DNA from: Yuukianura sp. NJ FZ-2021
Lineage: Eukaryota
Length of the DNA stretch: 64,000 nt
Direction: 5' to 3'
Assembly: GCA_046563655.1 (NCBI GenBank)
Contig: CM102284.1
Coordinates: forward strand, 4,216,001-4,280,000
Within the stretch, counting starts at the first letter, position 1. Each line of letters begins with the position of its first letter. Shown piece by piece: positions 27,901 to 39,800 of the stretch. Made by a program: the position numbers and the translations under genes. The notes beneath the pieces were generated by a model. The model was not told the DNA's origin. It ran no database searches and saw nothing but the letters and a program-made list of their open reading frames with translations.

Positions 27901-30900
27901 TGAGGAAAAGAGCAATACTCTTTTTCACTAAGCGAAGTAAAATTTCAGACTTGAGACTTTAAAATGTTGAAATGCATAGGTAGCAAATACCGCGGTTGTT
28001 TCAAATTCATTTTTGATCAAATTTTGCTTTGCATACTTTACCTGCCTGCCACAGCTAGCTGGACTTATTGAGTGTCTTTTTTTTTCATTGCTGGTACTTT
28101 GGCAAGATCTAGACGGTCTAGAATTACAATTGAATTGTTCCAAAACGTATTAATGGTTCGTCTGCATCTCCTGAACTCGACTGTTAATTAACAATCGCGA
28201 TTGTTTTTGAAAATCAATACTTTTGCTGACATTATTATCGTAGTTGAAAAGATTTATGTAGATTCAGAGTTAAACACTAACTAAATACATACTACATTAC
28301 TTAACTGTAGTATATAACCAAACTTTTGCCATTTAACATTCTTACACTGGAATCCTACCGAGTTTCCGGGAAATGTTCACAATGAGGATTGAGGAATGAG
28401 TTTTTGAGGACTGAAATTCAGGTGAGGATTGAAGTTTGAATATTTAAGGACTGATTTTTCAAAGAGGATTGAGGAATGAGGTTTTGAGGACTGAAATCCC
28501 GTAGAGGATTGAGGAAAGAGGTTTTGAGGATTGAAATTTCGTTGAGGATTGAGGAAATGAGGAGTTACTCATTGAGGATTCCCATCTATGTTCCTGGAGG
28601 AATGGTGCCGAGAATTGAGGCGGAGTTGCCACGTTGAATGGCTATGCTGATTCTTTGCAAATTAATTAATTTGAAATTAATTATTTATGGTTCAAGTTAG
28701 AGGGAACTGAAAATCATAACTGAAGTTGGCATAATAACATAACATGAGAAGTAAATGAATGAAAGCTGGCGGAGTTTTATGGTTGTGAATCTAAATTTAA
28801 ATTGGTTTACATAGGGTTTTGAGTTCTCAGTATGGCTATGGGCAGGCTTGTCAAAAGTATTCACTAAAAATCATCGAATTAGTATTGATAACGAAAAATC
28901 TATCCCATTTCCCATATAAATCGCCTAAATATTTACTCATGTAACGTTCGTGCTTCTTGACAATGAAATTAGGATTTAACACTTAATTAACACAAAATAC
29001 GGAAAAATCTTCTCTTTTTTAAAACATTATATTTACTTTATACTGTAAAAATATTGATTCAATTTTTTTTAAATCGTGGAAATATTTATTAATAAAGTCA
29101 AAAAACCCTATGATAAAAAATATTTCAAAAAATTGTAGGAATATTTATTTCATTATATTTTAGTAGTAACAAAAACCCCGGAAATATTTTTTTATTCACA
29201 TTATGGGGACTAACTATTTTTGAGGGGCCTAATTATGACGATTTTGCGTAAATTTAAAAGAGAGATTATCTCGTCATCTCTGTTAGAATTAAATCCAGTG
29301 TGGCCCTAATGTCTCTCACTACTGCCTCACTTTCATTTTTGACTTTAGTGAATTGAAGACAAAGGAAGGATGATGAGGAGGAAAGGATTAAGAATTGAAT
29401 TTAGAAAGGAAAGCGAGATGTGATTGACTTTGAGAAGGTGTATCATTCACAGGGAATTAAATTACACGACGTACAACTAACCCTATACTTTAGTTTCGCA
29501 CAGTACAAAGATGATATTTTAAATTTCAAAAGCTGACTTTGACTGGTGGTGCAGAAGCTACGCTTGCGAAGTAGTTAATGATTTGTTCTGTTGTACGGAT
29601 TTTGAAATCTGTACAGCCAATTTTTAAGTCTATTTTGACATGTAGCAGCACGAGGAGAGAAGTAGTGAAAAAACACAAAAGAATTCACAATCGATTCGTG
29701 TTTCCTTGAAATGAATTCTTTTAAAGCCTTTTTTGCAATGTTTCTTTCATGTTTTGTGGCTCAGGGGCCTTTTGTATTCCATATTCTACAAAGAAAAAAA
29801 TTAGGAATATCTTCGTACTGTCAGTACTGCTGCGCTGCTTATTGTTGTTTTTCGATGCATTTGGAACTTTTTACTTGAAAGGAAAATCGAAACTTAACAC
29901 TTAGGTAGGCTAGGTTTTATTTTTGGTGAAGTTCCTAAAAATAATGTATGGATTTTTGCAAAGTAGCGAAAAAGTGTCTTGTCTCTTGTGAAGTTTTCGC
30001 ACAACCACAACGGCTCCTGTGCTTAGTGAACCACTTTTTCAAAATGCATTTTTCCTTTTTTGAATTTTGGGTTTCGGCTTTGCTGTTCTGTGCTTTTTTT
30101 GCAAAATGCAGAAGGATGACAAATGGATTTTGGAGGGAGTGTTGCATTGTAATGCCGACGGCTTATTGCTAACTCTGCTCTCGTCTTAAGAGAATTAATG
30201 GACAAAAATTAAGTGAGTGAGAATGAATTGGCAAAAAAATAGAAGGGCTGTTTCTAATAGTAGGGCTGTGTGTCACACGAAGTGAAAACTGAAAGTGAAC
30301 CAATTAGAATGAGGAAATCCATCATCCGCATCCATGGATTTTTTGTCTGTGATTTTCAAAATTGGTAGGAATTTGTTAATTTTGAAAAATTATGGGAAGT
30401 GGGGTGTTAAAACGTAGTCTGCGTTTGCGTAGAGGGAGGATTCGCTTCTCTGCACAGAAGTTTTGGTTTGGCATAAATTTTGCGTGTAAAGTGCATGCAT
30501 GCTTTTGTGTAATAAAAACTTTGAAAATATGTGATGTGTACAGGAGCAATTTAATGGAAGTTAGTATGTACATGGTGTTCAATACGTATGTAATAATTTG
30601 GGTTGTTACAAAGTTGTTCTTAATGAAATTGTTGAATATTAGTTGCAAAAGTATTGATTTAGTCGGAAGCTTTTATATTTTTTTAAAGCTTGAAAGCGTT
30701 ATTTGCGCTCCACGTGCCAACACTTTCTTCTTTTCCATTAACTTTGCAATTTACTCGAGCTTCCATTGTTGTTGTTTTGCAATATCCGTTTCTAAATTTG
30801 CAAACTTTTGGGATTTAAATGTCTTTAAGGTGAAAACTTAGGAAGATTGATGTCTTCGGGTGCGCAATTTGCGAATCAATTTTTGCTTGTGAAAGAGTAA

Positions 30901-33900
30901 TAAGTTTTGCTGTCGCTGTGTGCGAATATCTTTTGGAGTTTTAGTTTTTGAATTTATGTCAACTTTTAAAGGATCCTGGTTCTGCTCTAGTTGAAATGAA
31001 ATTAAATGGTTTAAAGTATATTTAATTTTTGGTAAATCAGTTTCTTCTTTTTGTCTTTTAGTGTGGAAATTTCCTTTAACGAGAGAGAAATTTTTTGCAG
31101 TGGGTGGTAGATTGCAAAAGACTAGAAATGTAATGTGCAGTGACAGTCCAAAATTGAAGTTTCCCAGTCCTTGTAAATTCTAAAAGTGAACCATTTTTAG
31201 TCCGTCTGTCTCAGGCTGGGGCAGTCTAAGGACATACGGATTAAAAATGGGATTAAAAGTTTAAATGTCCCCTTCAAAAATTCCCTTTCTAAATTGTGTT
31301 ACGATCTTCCTTTAGGCTGTAGAGATTGTAAATCTCGAGTCTCTTATGGCCACTAACCTCTCGTCAGTTTAAATTTTGCAGAGGGTGGATCTCTGGTTCC
31401 TGTTATTAAACAATTCCTAGTATGCACCCCCTGCCTTCCAATTATGACATGGTACAAGCGGAACCGCTTGGTTCTTAATTGCCACTTCAAAGCACCCTAA
31501 AACCTAACCCTGCTTTTCCTTAACATGAATTTTGAGAGTTCTGAACTTGTAGGGTTTATCGTTTGAATCCACTAAGGTCAGTGGAGTAGAGCCTTATTTC
31601 AAGTCCAAGTACTCTTAAGAATTGAATTAAGACTATCAGATGAGAGTTTGAATTCGCAAAGTGTACTTTAAAAGGGCTCCTGATTGCCCTGACCCCTTGG
31701 ACTCCCACGCAAAGTAAATAATTTAATGGACATTCCACATTCTCGCAATTGAAATTGCAAAGTGTAACCATTTACTGGCAAATACAAGAGAAATTGAGAC
31801 GGCTTATGACATGCAATGGCAGTTGGAAATTGTCAAGATGTCAGAATCATCTTGAAATCTTCTTTTAAGGTGGTGTGATAGGCTGATGATGATGATTTTT
31901 ATTATTTTATTTAGACCAAAAGATACCATTTATGGAGGGAAATTACTAGGTTTGGAAGTGATTCTTTTACCTTGAAGTCAATAAAAAGACAACACGATAG
32001 AATGTTACATTTTGGGTATGTCTGCGAAGGAGGTTATAGAATTTTTGAAGGAAATGATGATGACGCTGACAGATTAGGTGGGACGAAAAACGACCTTTGG
32101 GCAGAAACTGTTTTTGGAACAACGGATTTTTTTTAAAGTTATTATTATGAAATGAATTTTGGTTCTCCGATGGGTATGGGTTTGACTTTCTCTATTGTTT
32201 TCCTATGTTTGGAAATTAATTGCGATTAAAATTAACGCAACTGTGCTTCTGCCGCCCTTCCTTTTACCTTGGCTGCAGCGATTTGAATTGGGAAGACGAA
32301 AAGGCGCTAAGTGATTAGAATTTGGGGTGCAATTTTATGTGTAATAATAACGCAGGTTTTAAATGATTCACAGTTAGATTATAACATAACGTATAAGGGG
32401 AGCACTTAGACAATTGAAAGTGATTAAGGGAGGGTGTGGCCTGAATTGTCGAAGTGCCATAATTCGGATGACGAAGCGCGGAGTAGTATATGGGCTGGAT
32501 CAATTTTGTGAAGGGAATGAGTAGAGCATCAACATGCTTTTGCAATGGGACACAGTTGACAAAGTCTTAATTATCGCTTCTTTTGTGTTGTTCAACAGGA
32601 TCAGTGCAATGACTCAAGCTGGATGGATTTCCTACAGATCCTCGTTCATCAACATGCCAAGACGATTGTCCATTTACAGGTGAGATAATCTTGATTATTG
32701 TTTAATTTTAACTAATTATTTAAGGAAAGTCGGAAGTATGCATTGGTTTTTGCTTTTTGGTTTCCAGGAACTCAGTACGGAAGTGGAGAAGCTAAAGGAC
32801 TTCCGTTCCTCTTTTATAAGCTCACTCACTGCGGATTTAGTTAAGTCATCGTCGGCTGGTCCGTCCGACCTCCATCATCACCTCTCGTCCCAGTCCAAAG
32901 ATGTTTGGACATCATCTCCAAATAAACTCATTGACTCTGGCTTCTCAACGGAAACGAAGGAGTCGGCGAACCAGAAGGAAGACGAGGATCCGCTCTACTC
33001 GCTCCTGGACTTGATCCAGACGAAAGTGTCCAATTCCGCCAATAGCACTAACTCTACGCACATTGCCACTTCTTCTGCTCCTGCTGCCTGCTCCTGTCTC
33101 GTCCGAATCAACAATGGAACTCGTCAGAGTGCCCTGAAGTTGGGGAAGCTTGACCTAGTCCTGGGATTCAAGAGTGGTGTTGGTGAAAATGTTCATATTC
33201 CGAGGGAAATCATTCGCGCCATTCTTCGGGAGTTGGATGTCGTTGAACTTCAGCGTCAACTGCTCTTTGCAGCGGCCAATGTCAAGGTGAGTTGATTTAC
33301 GTCAATGTCAATCGGCAATGTCGATTCGACAAGCACACGCGCTGAGTACCAAGTACCTGACACCAGCCGTTGCTGTCATTGACCAAGGCAGCAAGACCTA
33401 GAAGTGCTAAGACGCAACACTCGGCTCTTAGTACTTCTAACTTCATCAAGAAGTGAGATCTTGTAGCATGTTTGGCTTGGTATTTCAATGCTCATGTCCT
33501 ACTTGCTCAAAGTCTGCGTATTGAGCTTTGACGGACGGATCTACTTTATTCTAAGTCACTGACTTTTGGCTCATCCTGTACTTGCTGTCATAAAAACAAA
33601 AGATTCGCAAGAATTGACGGCAGGAAGATCTCCGTATCTTCTAAGAGTATCTTGTTTGGTACCTATTTGAGCTTAAGTTTGAACAGAGTTTGGTGGTAGA
33701 ATGAAATTGAGTACTACTGCATTTGGTAGTGGAATTGATGGGCAGTACACTGTATAATAATAGTATGGTTCCTTTGTTTAAGGTCTTTATACTCACAAGA
33801 GTGAGTTAACGGCACTTAAAAATGAATTTTGTCGAAACGCTTGGAAGCACTCTCTGGCCTCTTTCATTTCCGTCCCATATTCATCTGACTAACGAAAATT

Positions 33901-35306
33901 TTAAACTTACTTTCCAAAATAATGACAAAAAAACGGAGTAAAAAAGAGAGTTTAAAAGTTGTAAAAAAAACAACGAAAATTGTAATCAGCTAATGAATTT
34001 GTCTTTTAAATTAAAGGGAGATGGATATCTGTTTTATGTGTCGAGGCTTTAAAAAACGCCAATGTTCCCATTTTTATGCGAATGAAAACTCAAATGTTTT
34101 TGGTAAATGGGATTGTAGCATGGGAAGGCAGGCGGCTGGCTCTGTATACGATTGTAATTGCATCTTGCACGCATCCTTACACAAATACAAAAAATAGTAG
34201 TAAAAAGTTTGCTCTGGTGTGTCGAAATCGCTGAGAGCACAATTTTTTAAGTTAAATGCGTGATCTGTGTCATTTTTTTTTGAGGAGATGATGAGGATGG
34301 AAGAATGGTTTATTATTTAGGGCTATGAAATTACAAAATTATTATAAAAAGTTTGATCTATTTTACTCTGTCTGACTGATTTTGGTTTTCTTTGTAATTA
34401 CAGACTTTGGAATCTCAACTTTCCAGTTTGGAATTGGAAGAAAACAGTTCACGCCTTGCGTCAAAGTACCTTGCCTTGTCTCATGAAAATGAGTTACTAA
34501 GATTCAAGCTAAAGGAACAAGAGATTCAATTAGAAGGGACGAAAGCAAGACTACGAATTTTAGAAAAGAAGAGTCAGGCTCTAGATACTATTTCTTCGCC
34601 AAAACTATCACTTGTTCCACTGGACTCATTGCCCAGATCAACAAATACTTCCAGTGACACTCTTCATCTGTCCAAATCAAGTTCACATTCCAGACTACTG
34701 CTGGATGTCAAGCCGCACCTTCGTTTGTCAGAATCTTACTCAAAACTCCCTAGTGATTCCACGGCTAAGGAGCAGAAGAGACTGGAGCCAGGTCTAAGCG
34801 CAAATCGGCTAACACGAGCCACCTCTTCTGCGTCGGTACTTCTGAATTCCGAGATTTCATCAACACGTCCACCACCTCAGGAGTTGAAGAATCCTAGGAA
34901 ATCCGAAATCGAACAGCTACTGAATCCAGCTACGGAAGTTATTGACAGAGAAGCCTTGTGTGGAATAGGTGGAGAACATGGAGGTAATTCGAGTCATTCC
35001 GAAAGTGAGGAGCAGCGTGTTGTAGTTCGTTCGGCGACGTCCAGAATCCCGACGAGAGTTGTCGTTATGAACAATTCGGCGGCGTGTTCTCCTGTTCCAA
35101 CAGTTCAGCCTCTTCATCAGTCAATTTGTAGCAAGTCACCAGGATCCTCAATGTCGTCCAAGTCTTCTATTCCTATTGCCGTAACTAGAATAAAAAGGAA
35201 TGGAAGCATAGTTAGCAGTAGTGGTAGCCCTGGAGGAAAAACTGGAACTGCAGGAGAAGCGAAGAAGCCAAATTCAAAGTTCTGGACGACTTGGTTTGCA
35301 GCGTAA
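15981..35306 (+). CDS. Uncharacterised coiled-coil, Ser-rich protein, about 560 aa, with a 16.4-kb first coding intron
   Basis: Phase-0 exons 15981-16160, 32599-32679, 32768-33286 and 34404-35306 splice in frame (1683 nt). Heptad segments ELDVVELQRQLL and HENELLRFKLKEQEIQLEGTKARLRILE. Linkage of the first exon is inferred from phase and from the lack of another start. Confidence 0.7.
16560..21307 (-). pseudogene. Decayed long coding relic (possibly a transposon/viral ORF) inside the intron
   Basis: Sustained G/T skew on the + strand with successive broken minus-strand ORF fragments (20918-21307 starting MGKRRRFCSQKSYYAKNIRK, 20364-20657, 19601-19858, 18462-18771, 17478-17702). No intact domain recognised; boundaries approximate. 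Confidence 0.4.
23298..23492. repeat. 43-bp tandem array containing five 16-bp palindromes (TACGAC-N4-GTCGTA)
   Basis: Palindromes at 23304 (degenerate), 23348, 23391, 23434 and 23477. Unit CCTGAATACGACTATAGTCGTACTTTCTGTGCGTGCTCAGGGG. Confidence 0.92.
23767..26060. repeat. 2.3-kb satellite: 15-bp monomer (GATCAGACTTTTCTG and variants) with 371-bp and 272-bp higher-order periods
   Basis: Monomer visible throughout. Identical spurious ORFs recur at 24095/24466 and 24213/24584 (371 bp), and similar ones at 25573/25845 (272 bp). Confidence 0.97.
27675..28590. mobile_element. 916-bp non-autonomous TIR element with 8-bp TSD (P-element- or hAT-type MITE)
   Basis: TSD TTCCTGGA at 27667-27674 and 28591-28598. 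TIR CATAGATGGGAGTCCTCA / TGAGGATTCCCATCTATG. Many subterminal TGAGGA(T/C)TGA motifs at both ends. Confidence 0.88.
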
Positions 35307-35837
35307 ACAGGATGGGAGGAACGTTCAGGATTTTTAATAATTGTGGAATACTTTTACAAATTGTTAAGACTTCCGCTAATTAGTAGAGCAGCAGCGACTA
35401 TACTTTAAGGATAAGTGCAGCCTATGTAGTAAAACTTGCTAAAAACTATATTAGTTAGAGTATATGCATAAGTATTTACGACTGTTACTGGAGTTTAAAA
35501 TGTTACTGGAGAATAATTCGTATAAGAATCTCAAAGGTGCAGCGCAGAAGTGAGGTACTCTTCGTCACTACTAAATGGACACTTATGATTATTATTCTTA
35601 TTGTGATACGGGACTTTTTGTCGCAAGACGCAAGAAGATATGTTTATGTTGGGATTTGTGTCGAAAAGAAATAAATCCAGTGGGACTTCCTCGAACGCAT
35701 TTTTTTCAAATTTTTCGGAAAACTTAAGTTTTTTTTGAAGAGTGACAGGGAAGTGATCTAATTAATAACTTCTTGGCTAACCTTTTCGTTAAAATTAAAA
35801 ATGTAGTTGTCTTAGTTTCACCACTGCTAAATGTTTA

Positions 35838-36754
35838 TAGTCCAAGTCAAAATTCCGTACAGATTGTTTATTTCAAAATTAGCATTTTCCCCCATGGTAA
35901 CACTAAGACAAAACTAGCCACAATGTACCCATTGCCCTCTTCTGAATGGTAAAGCACTGCAAATTTCTCAATTCTGAACTACGTACGAGCTACAAAATGG
36001 GAACTAAAACAGAAAAAGTTATTCCTCATCGGTGCTGGTGTCAGATTCCGGTAAACTTTCTCCAAGATTAATGATAATCCGTTCTCGATGCGATTCAAGA
36101 AAATCCTCCGCAATTTTTTCAGCATGCATAATCATTTCCTCCAAAGCAATTACGTGACGACAACAGCTTTGCCAGAACTGGTCAATTTCAGGTAATTGTA
36201 CCACTTCCTGAACAATGGGAAGCAGGTATAGCTGTCCGTTTACAAACGTCGTTGTACTTGACCGGTATGTCTTCTTTCTTGACCTTCTTCATGTTCACAA
36301 CGTTCTCGAACAGGGATTTTTCATTTTCGAATGTCTCCTTAACGTTAAGTATCAACGTTTTCTCCCTAACAGACTTAGGGCTCATTTTAATTGTAAATTA
36401 GCAAAGAATAATACCCTTATTAATCAATTAAAGTTTTCGAATAAATGAATTTTTTGAAACTGAAATGAAAATATCAAACAAAGAAAAAACCATTGTAATG
36501 GGTTGTCGTAAAAGATACTCGAGGCTTTCCCATTCAGATTAACCATGCGGAGTTGGGCACCACTCTTAATTAAATTAAGCTGTCGTTGCTCCTTAACTAA
36601 TTAATAAATTAAAATTTAGTCAAAATGCAACTGAATCTTTGTGGAAACTTGGGTACAATGCTGCTCGGTATATTTTCCGTCAATTTTGATGTTTGCCGGG
36701 GCAACGGAGGAATTTGACGAATCAACAATCTGTACGGAATTTTGACTTGGACTA
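35838..36754 (-). mobile_element. Internally deleted IS630/Tc1/mariner DNA transposon (917 bp) carrying transposase N- and C-terminal fragments
   Basis: Perfect 31-bp TIRs TAGTCCAAGTCAAAATTCCGTACAGATTGTT flanked by TA. Minus-strand fragments MSPKSVREKTLILNVKETFENEK...KRTA (36385-36188) and WQSCCRHVIALEE...IIINLGESLPESDTSTDEE (36204-36019) resemble the termini of arthropod Tc1-like DDE transposases. The catalytic core is absent. Confidence 0.85.
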
Positions 36755-36893
36755 TAGTATTTTTAAGTGGGCGTGGTTTGTTATGACGTCTGTCTCTTTT
36801 TCCGCAGTTCCAGAGTGTTTCGATTTTTGAATTTGGCGTGTTTTGCTTTTTGTTGTCTGTGTTTCTCCAGTTGACCTCTAATAACTTTTCAAT

Positions 36894-39800
36894 ATGCGTG
36901 TAAGGTCAGCACTGTTGGACTGTATGCATTTAGACCCGGGCTACGCCCTTCTGTCCGTGCAAAACTGTGTATCGTGTCTGGAAATGTTTCGAATGATGGA
37001 TATTCACGTAAGGTTTCCAAAAAATGTTGATCATAAACTTTCCTTTGCGTTTTTTAAAAATTCTTATGAAAAATATTTCAAATATTGTTTATTTTGTTTT
37101 CTTTCCTGCCGTCTAGAACAATGCTTCCCTGAACGGTAAATGATTTGATACAAAATCAATATCAGTTTAGTTTCGAAAAACATTGGTAAGTCTTTTGTTG
37201 TTTGTTTTTAGATTTCCAGTTCAGGCAGTTCATGCGATCGTTTACGGATTTGAACAATCATCAAGCGGACACTCTGTTTGAACTACTGGACATTGATCAT
37301 TCAGGAGAAATGGAATTCGAAGAGTTCTATCTCGTTTTCTGCATTATGGTTTCCTGCAAGGTGGACTTCAAAAAGAGAAATTTAAAAATAAAAACCGAAT
37401 TTTAAAAATCATTCCTATGATTTCATATTATTTTCTTAGGACCAATATGAAAAAGAGTTCATCTACCGTCATTCCACCAACATTTTCAGACTGATTGACG
37501 CTGATGATTCAGGGCTGATCTGTGGTCCAGAATTTATGCAAATGGGAGTTCTTTTCAACTTTGACTACAATTCAATCCACTCTATCTTTGACGAATTTGA
37601 TGTTTCCGGAGACAAAAATTTGGATTTTATGGAATTTCGAGTCGGTGATAAACGAAATTCTACAAAAAAAAATTGTGGAAATTCTAAGTTCCGACACTAC
37701 TTTTGATATTCAGCTCTTCACAATGGCTTGTATCGATGAACAGCGCTGCGCAGATGCACTAACTCGTGTCCGTGTCCTTACAAATTATCATTTGAAACTG
37801 CTGAAGGCTTTGGAATACTTTGTCCGAATGTACATCATAACCCAAGTACGTTTGTACTTTAGTGAATTAGCGGATTTCCTCCAACGTGAATTAATCTGAT
37901 ACTCTTTTTTTTTAAATTTTATTTGTTTATAGAAAATTCCAACACCGGCACACCTTCAAGGTTAGCTTACAGTTAGTTCGGCTCTTAACAAATATACGGA
38001 TACATTTTCAGAGTTTTAGTATTCAAGCGTGGAAGATTTTTTGATGTTATAAAAAATTTTCATATTTTTTTAAAGTTTGACAAGCAAAGATCCGGTTTCT
38101 GTCACTTTCTTTTCCCGAGATATGAATTTCCAAAGATTTTGCAAATAAAATATGGAATGTTCCAAAATTTTACAATTTATAACTAAAAATAAAAATTTGG
38201 AAAAGTTTAAAAACGAACTAAACAGTTTTGGTATTTTTTGAGGAAATCCCTGAACCTTAGTGTAGGGATTCTACTTTTCTACTCAAGATCTGATAAAATT
38301 TGGAACTCCATTTTTTTTTGCAAATTTTTTGCACTAAATTATGTGAAAAGATGTTTTGTAACTTGAGTCCAGCGATGGGGTCACAGAAATCGCTGCAAGT
38401 TTGAAATTTTTAGAATTTTCTAAAATCGGAATTGTAGTTGTGTTTTTGAAAGTTTTTGAAGAGTCTTTTACATGGGAGGCTTTTGTGAGAGGAGAAAAGT
38501 AGACAGGGTATTATGCGGAGCAAAGGGGCAGGTAGCCCCTCTCTGCTTTTGGGATTTTTGTATGGGGAGACCACCAGCGGCAAAAAAGTTGAGAAAGTAG
38601 AAGAACCTTTTTGGTTCGCTGAATCTCCGCATAGTTCCGGACAGTTTTTCAGAGAGCCTACCACTTCTCAAAGTAAAATCTCTTTCCAAAATTTCAGAAA
38701 ATTAAAAAACTTTAAAAATTCATATCTCAGGAACGGAATGCAATAAATTGCCAATTTCATTCGCGACTGATTTGAGAATGATCTTAAGAATATTTTAAGA
38801 CCTAAATTGAAATTCGAATTAATTTTAAACAAAATCACTGAACCTAGTCCATGGATTTTTTTTTTCCAATTTCATCAAAATTTTGAAGATGCGTTTTTTT
38901 GCACCAAATTACATGAAATACAGATTGGCACAATGAACTGAGCGCTGGATCACAAAAATCGCTTCAAAATTGAGGTTGCAAAGTTTAGTTTAACGAAAAT
39001 AAAAGTTTTTTTTTCTGATTTAGTATAGACGCTAGTTGAAATTTAAAATAATTCAGTCCATGAATTTCATATAGGTACACCTTATGTGAAATTATTAATT
39101 TTGCATTCAGCTTTGGGGAACTCTCTGAAAATTCATCGCTTTCTCAATTTCCAAAATTTTGGAAAATTTTGAAAGTTAATTTTTTGGAAACTATTTCCAG
39201 CAAATTAAGCGCAATGTTGTTTTACAATTTGACTCGGCTGACGCTGGCGGGCCTACGGCATTGCAAATTGTTGCAATTTACTGCAAAACTGCTGAAGTTT
39301 TTAAAACGCACACATTATTTTGAGTGTGCGTTTATTTGCACTAATTTGTGCGAGATGATGTTTTGCAACTTGAGTCAAGCGATGGAGTCACAGAAATCGC
39401 TGCAAGTTTCAAATTGTTTGAATTTTAGAAATTGGGAATTATGCTTGTGTTTTTGAAAGTTTTTGAAGAGACTTTTGCATGGGAGGCTTTTGTGAGAGGA
39501 GAAAAGTAGACAGGGGATTATACGAAACGAAGAGGCAGGTAGCCCCTCTCTGCTTTTGGGATTTTTGTATGGGGAGATCACCGGCGGCAAAAAAGTTGAG
39601 AAAGTAGAGGAGCCTTTTTGGTTCGCCTAATCTCCGCATAAGCTCCGGACAGTTTTTCAGAGGAGCCTTTAACCTCACAATGTTAAATCTCTTTCCAAAA
39701 TTTCGGAAAATTAAAAAACTTTAAAAATCCATATCTCAGGAACGGAATGCGTTAGAAAGCTAAACTCTGCACGGCTAAATTCAGAATGATCTCTTAGAAT

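Noticed and set aside
30376-30841. 149-aa and 90-aa overlapping ORFs in the large intron
   Set aside because: F/K/I-rich composition typical of AT-rich non-coding DNA; no domain or splice support.
38410-39678. Pairs of similar short ORFs suggesting a duplicated gene
   Set aside because: They are translations of the non-coding 1-kb duplication; frames are not preserved between copies.
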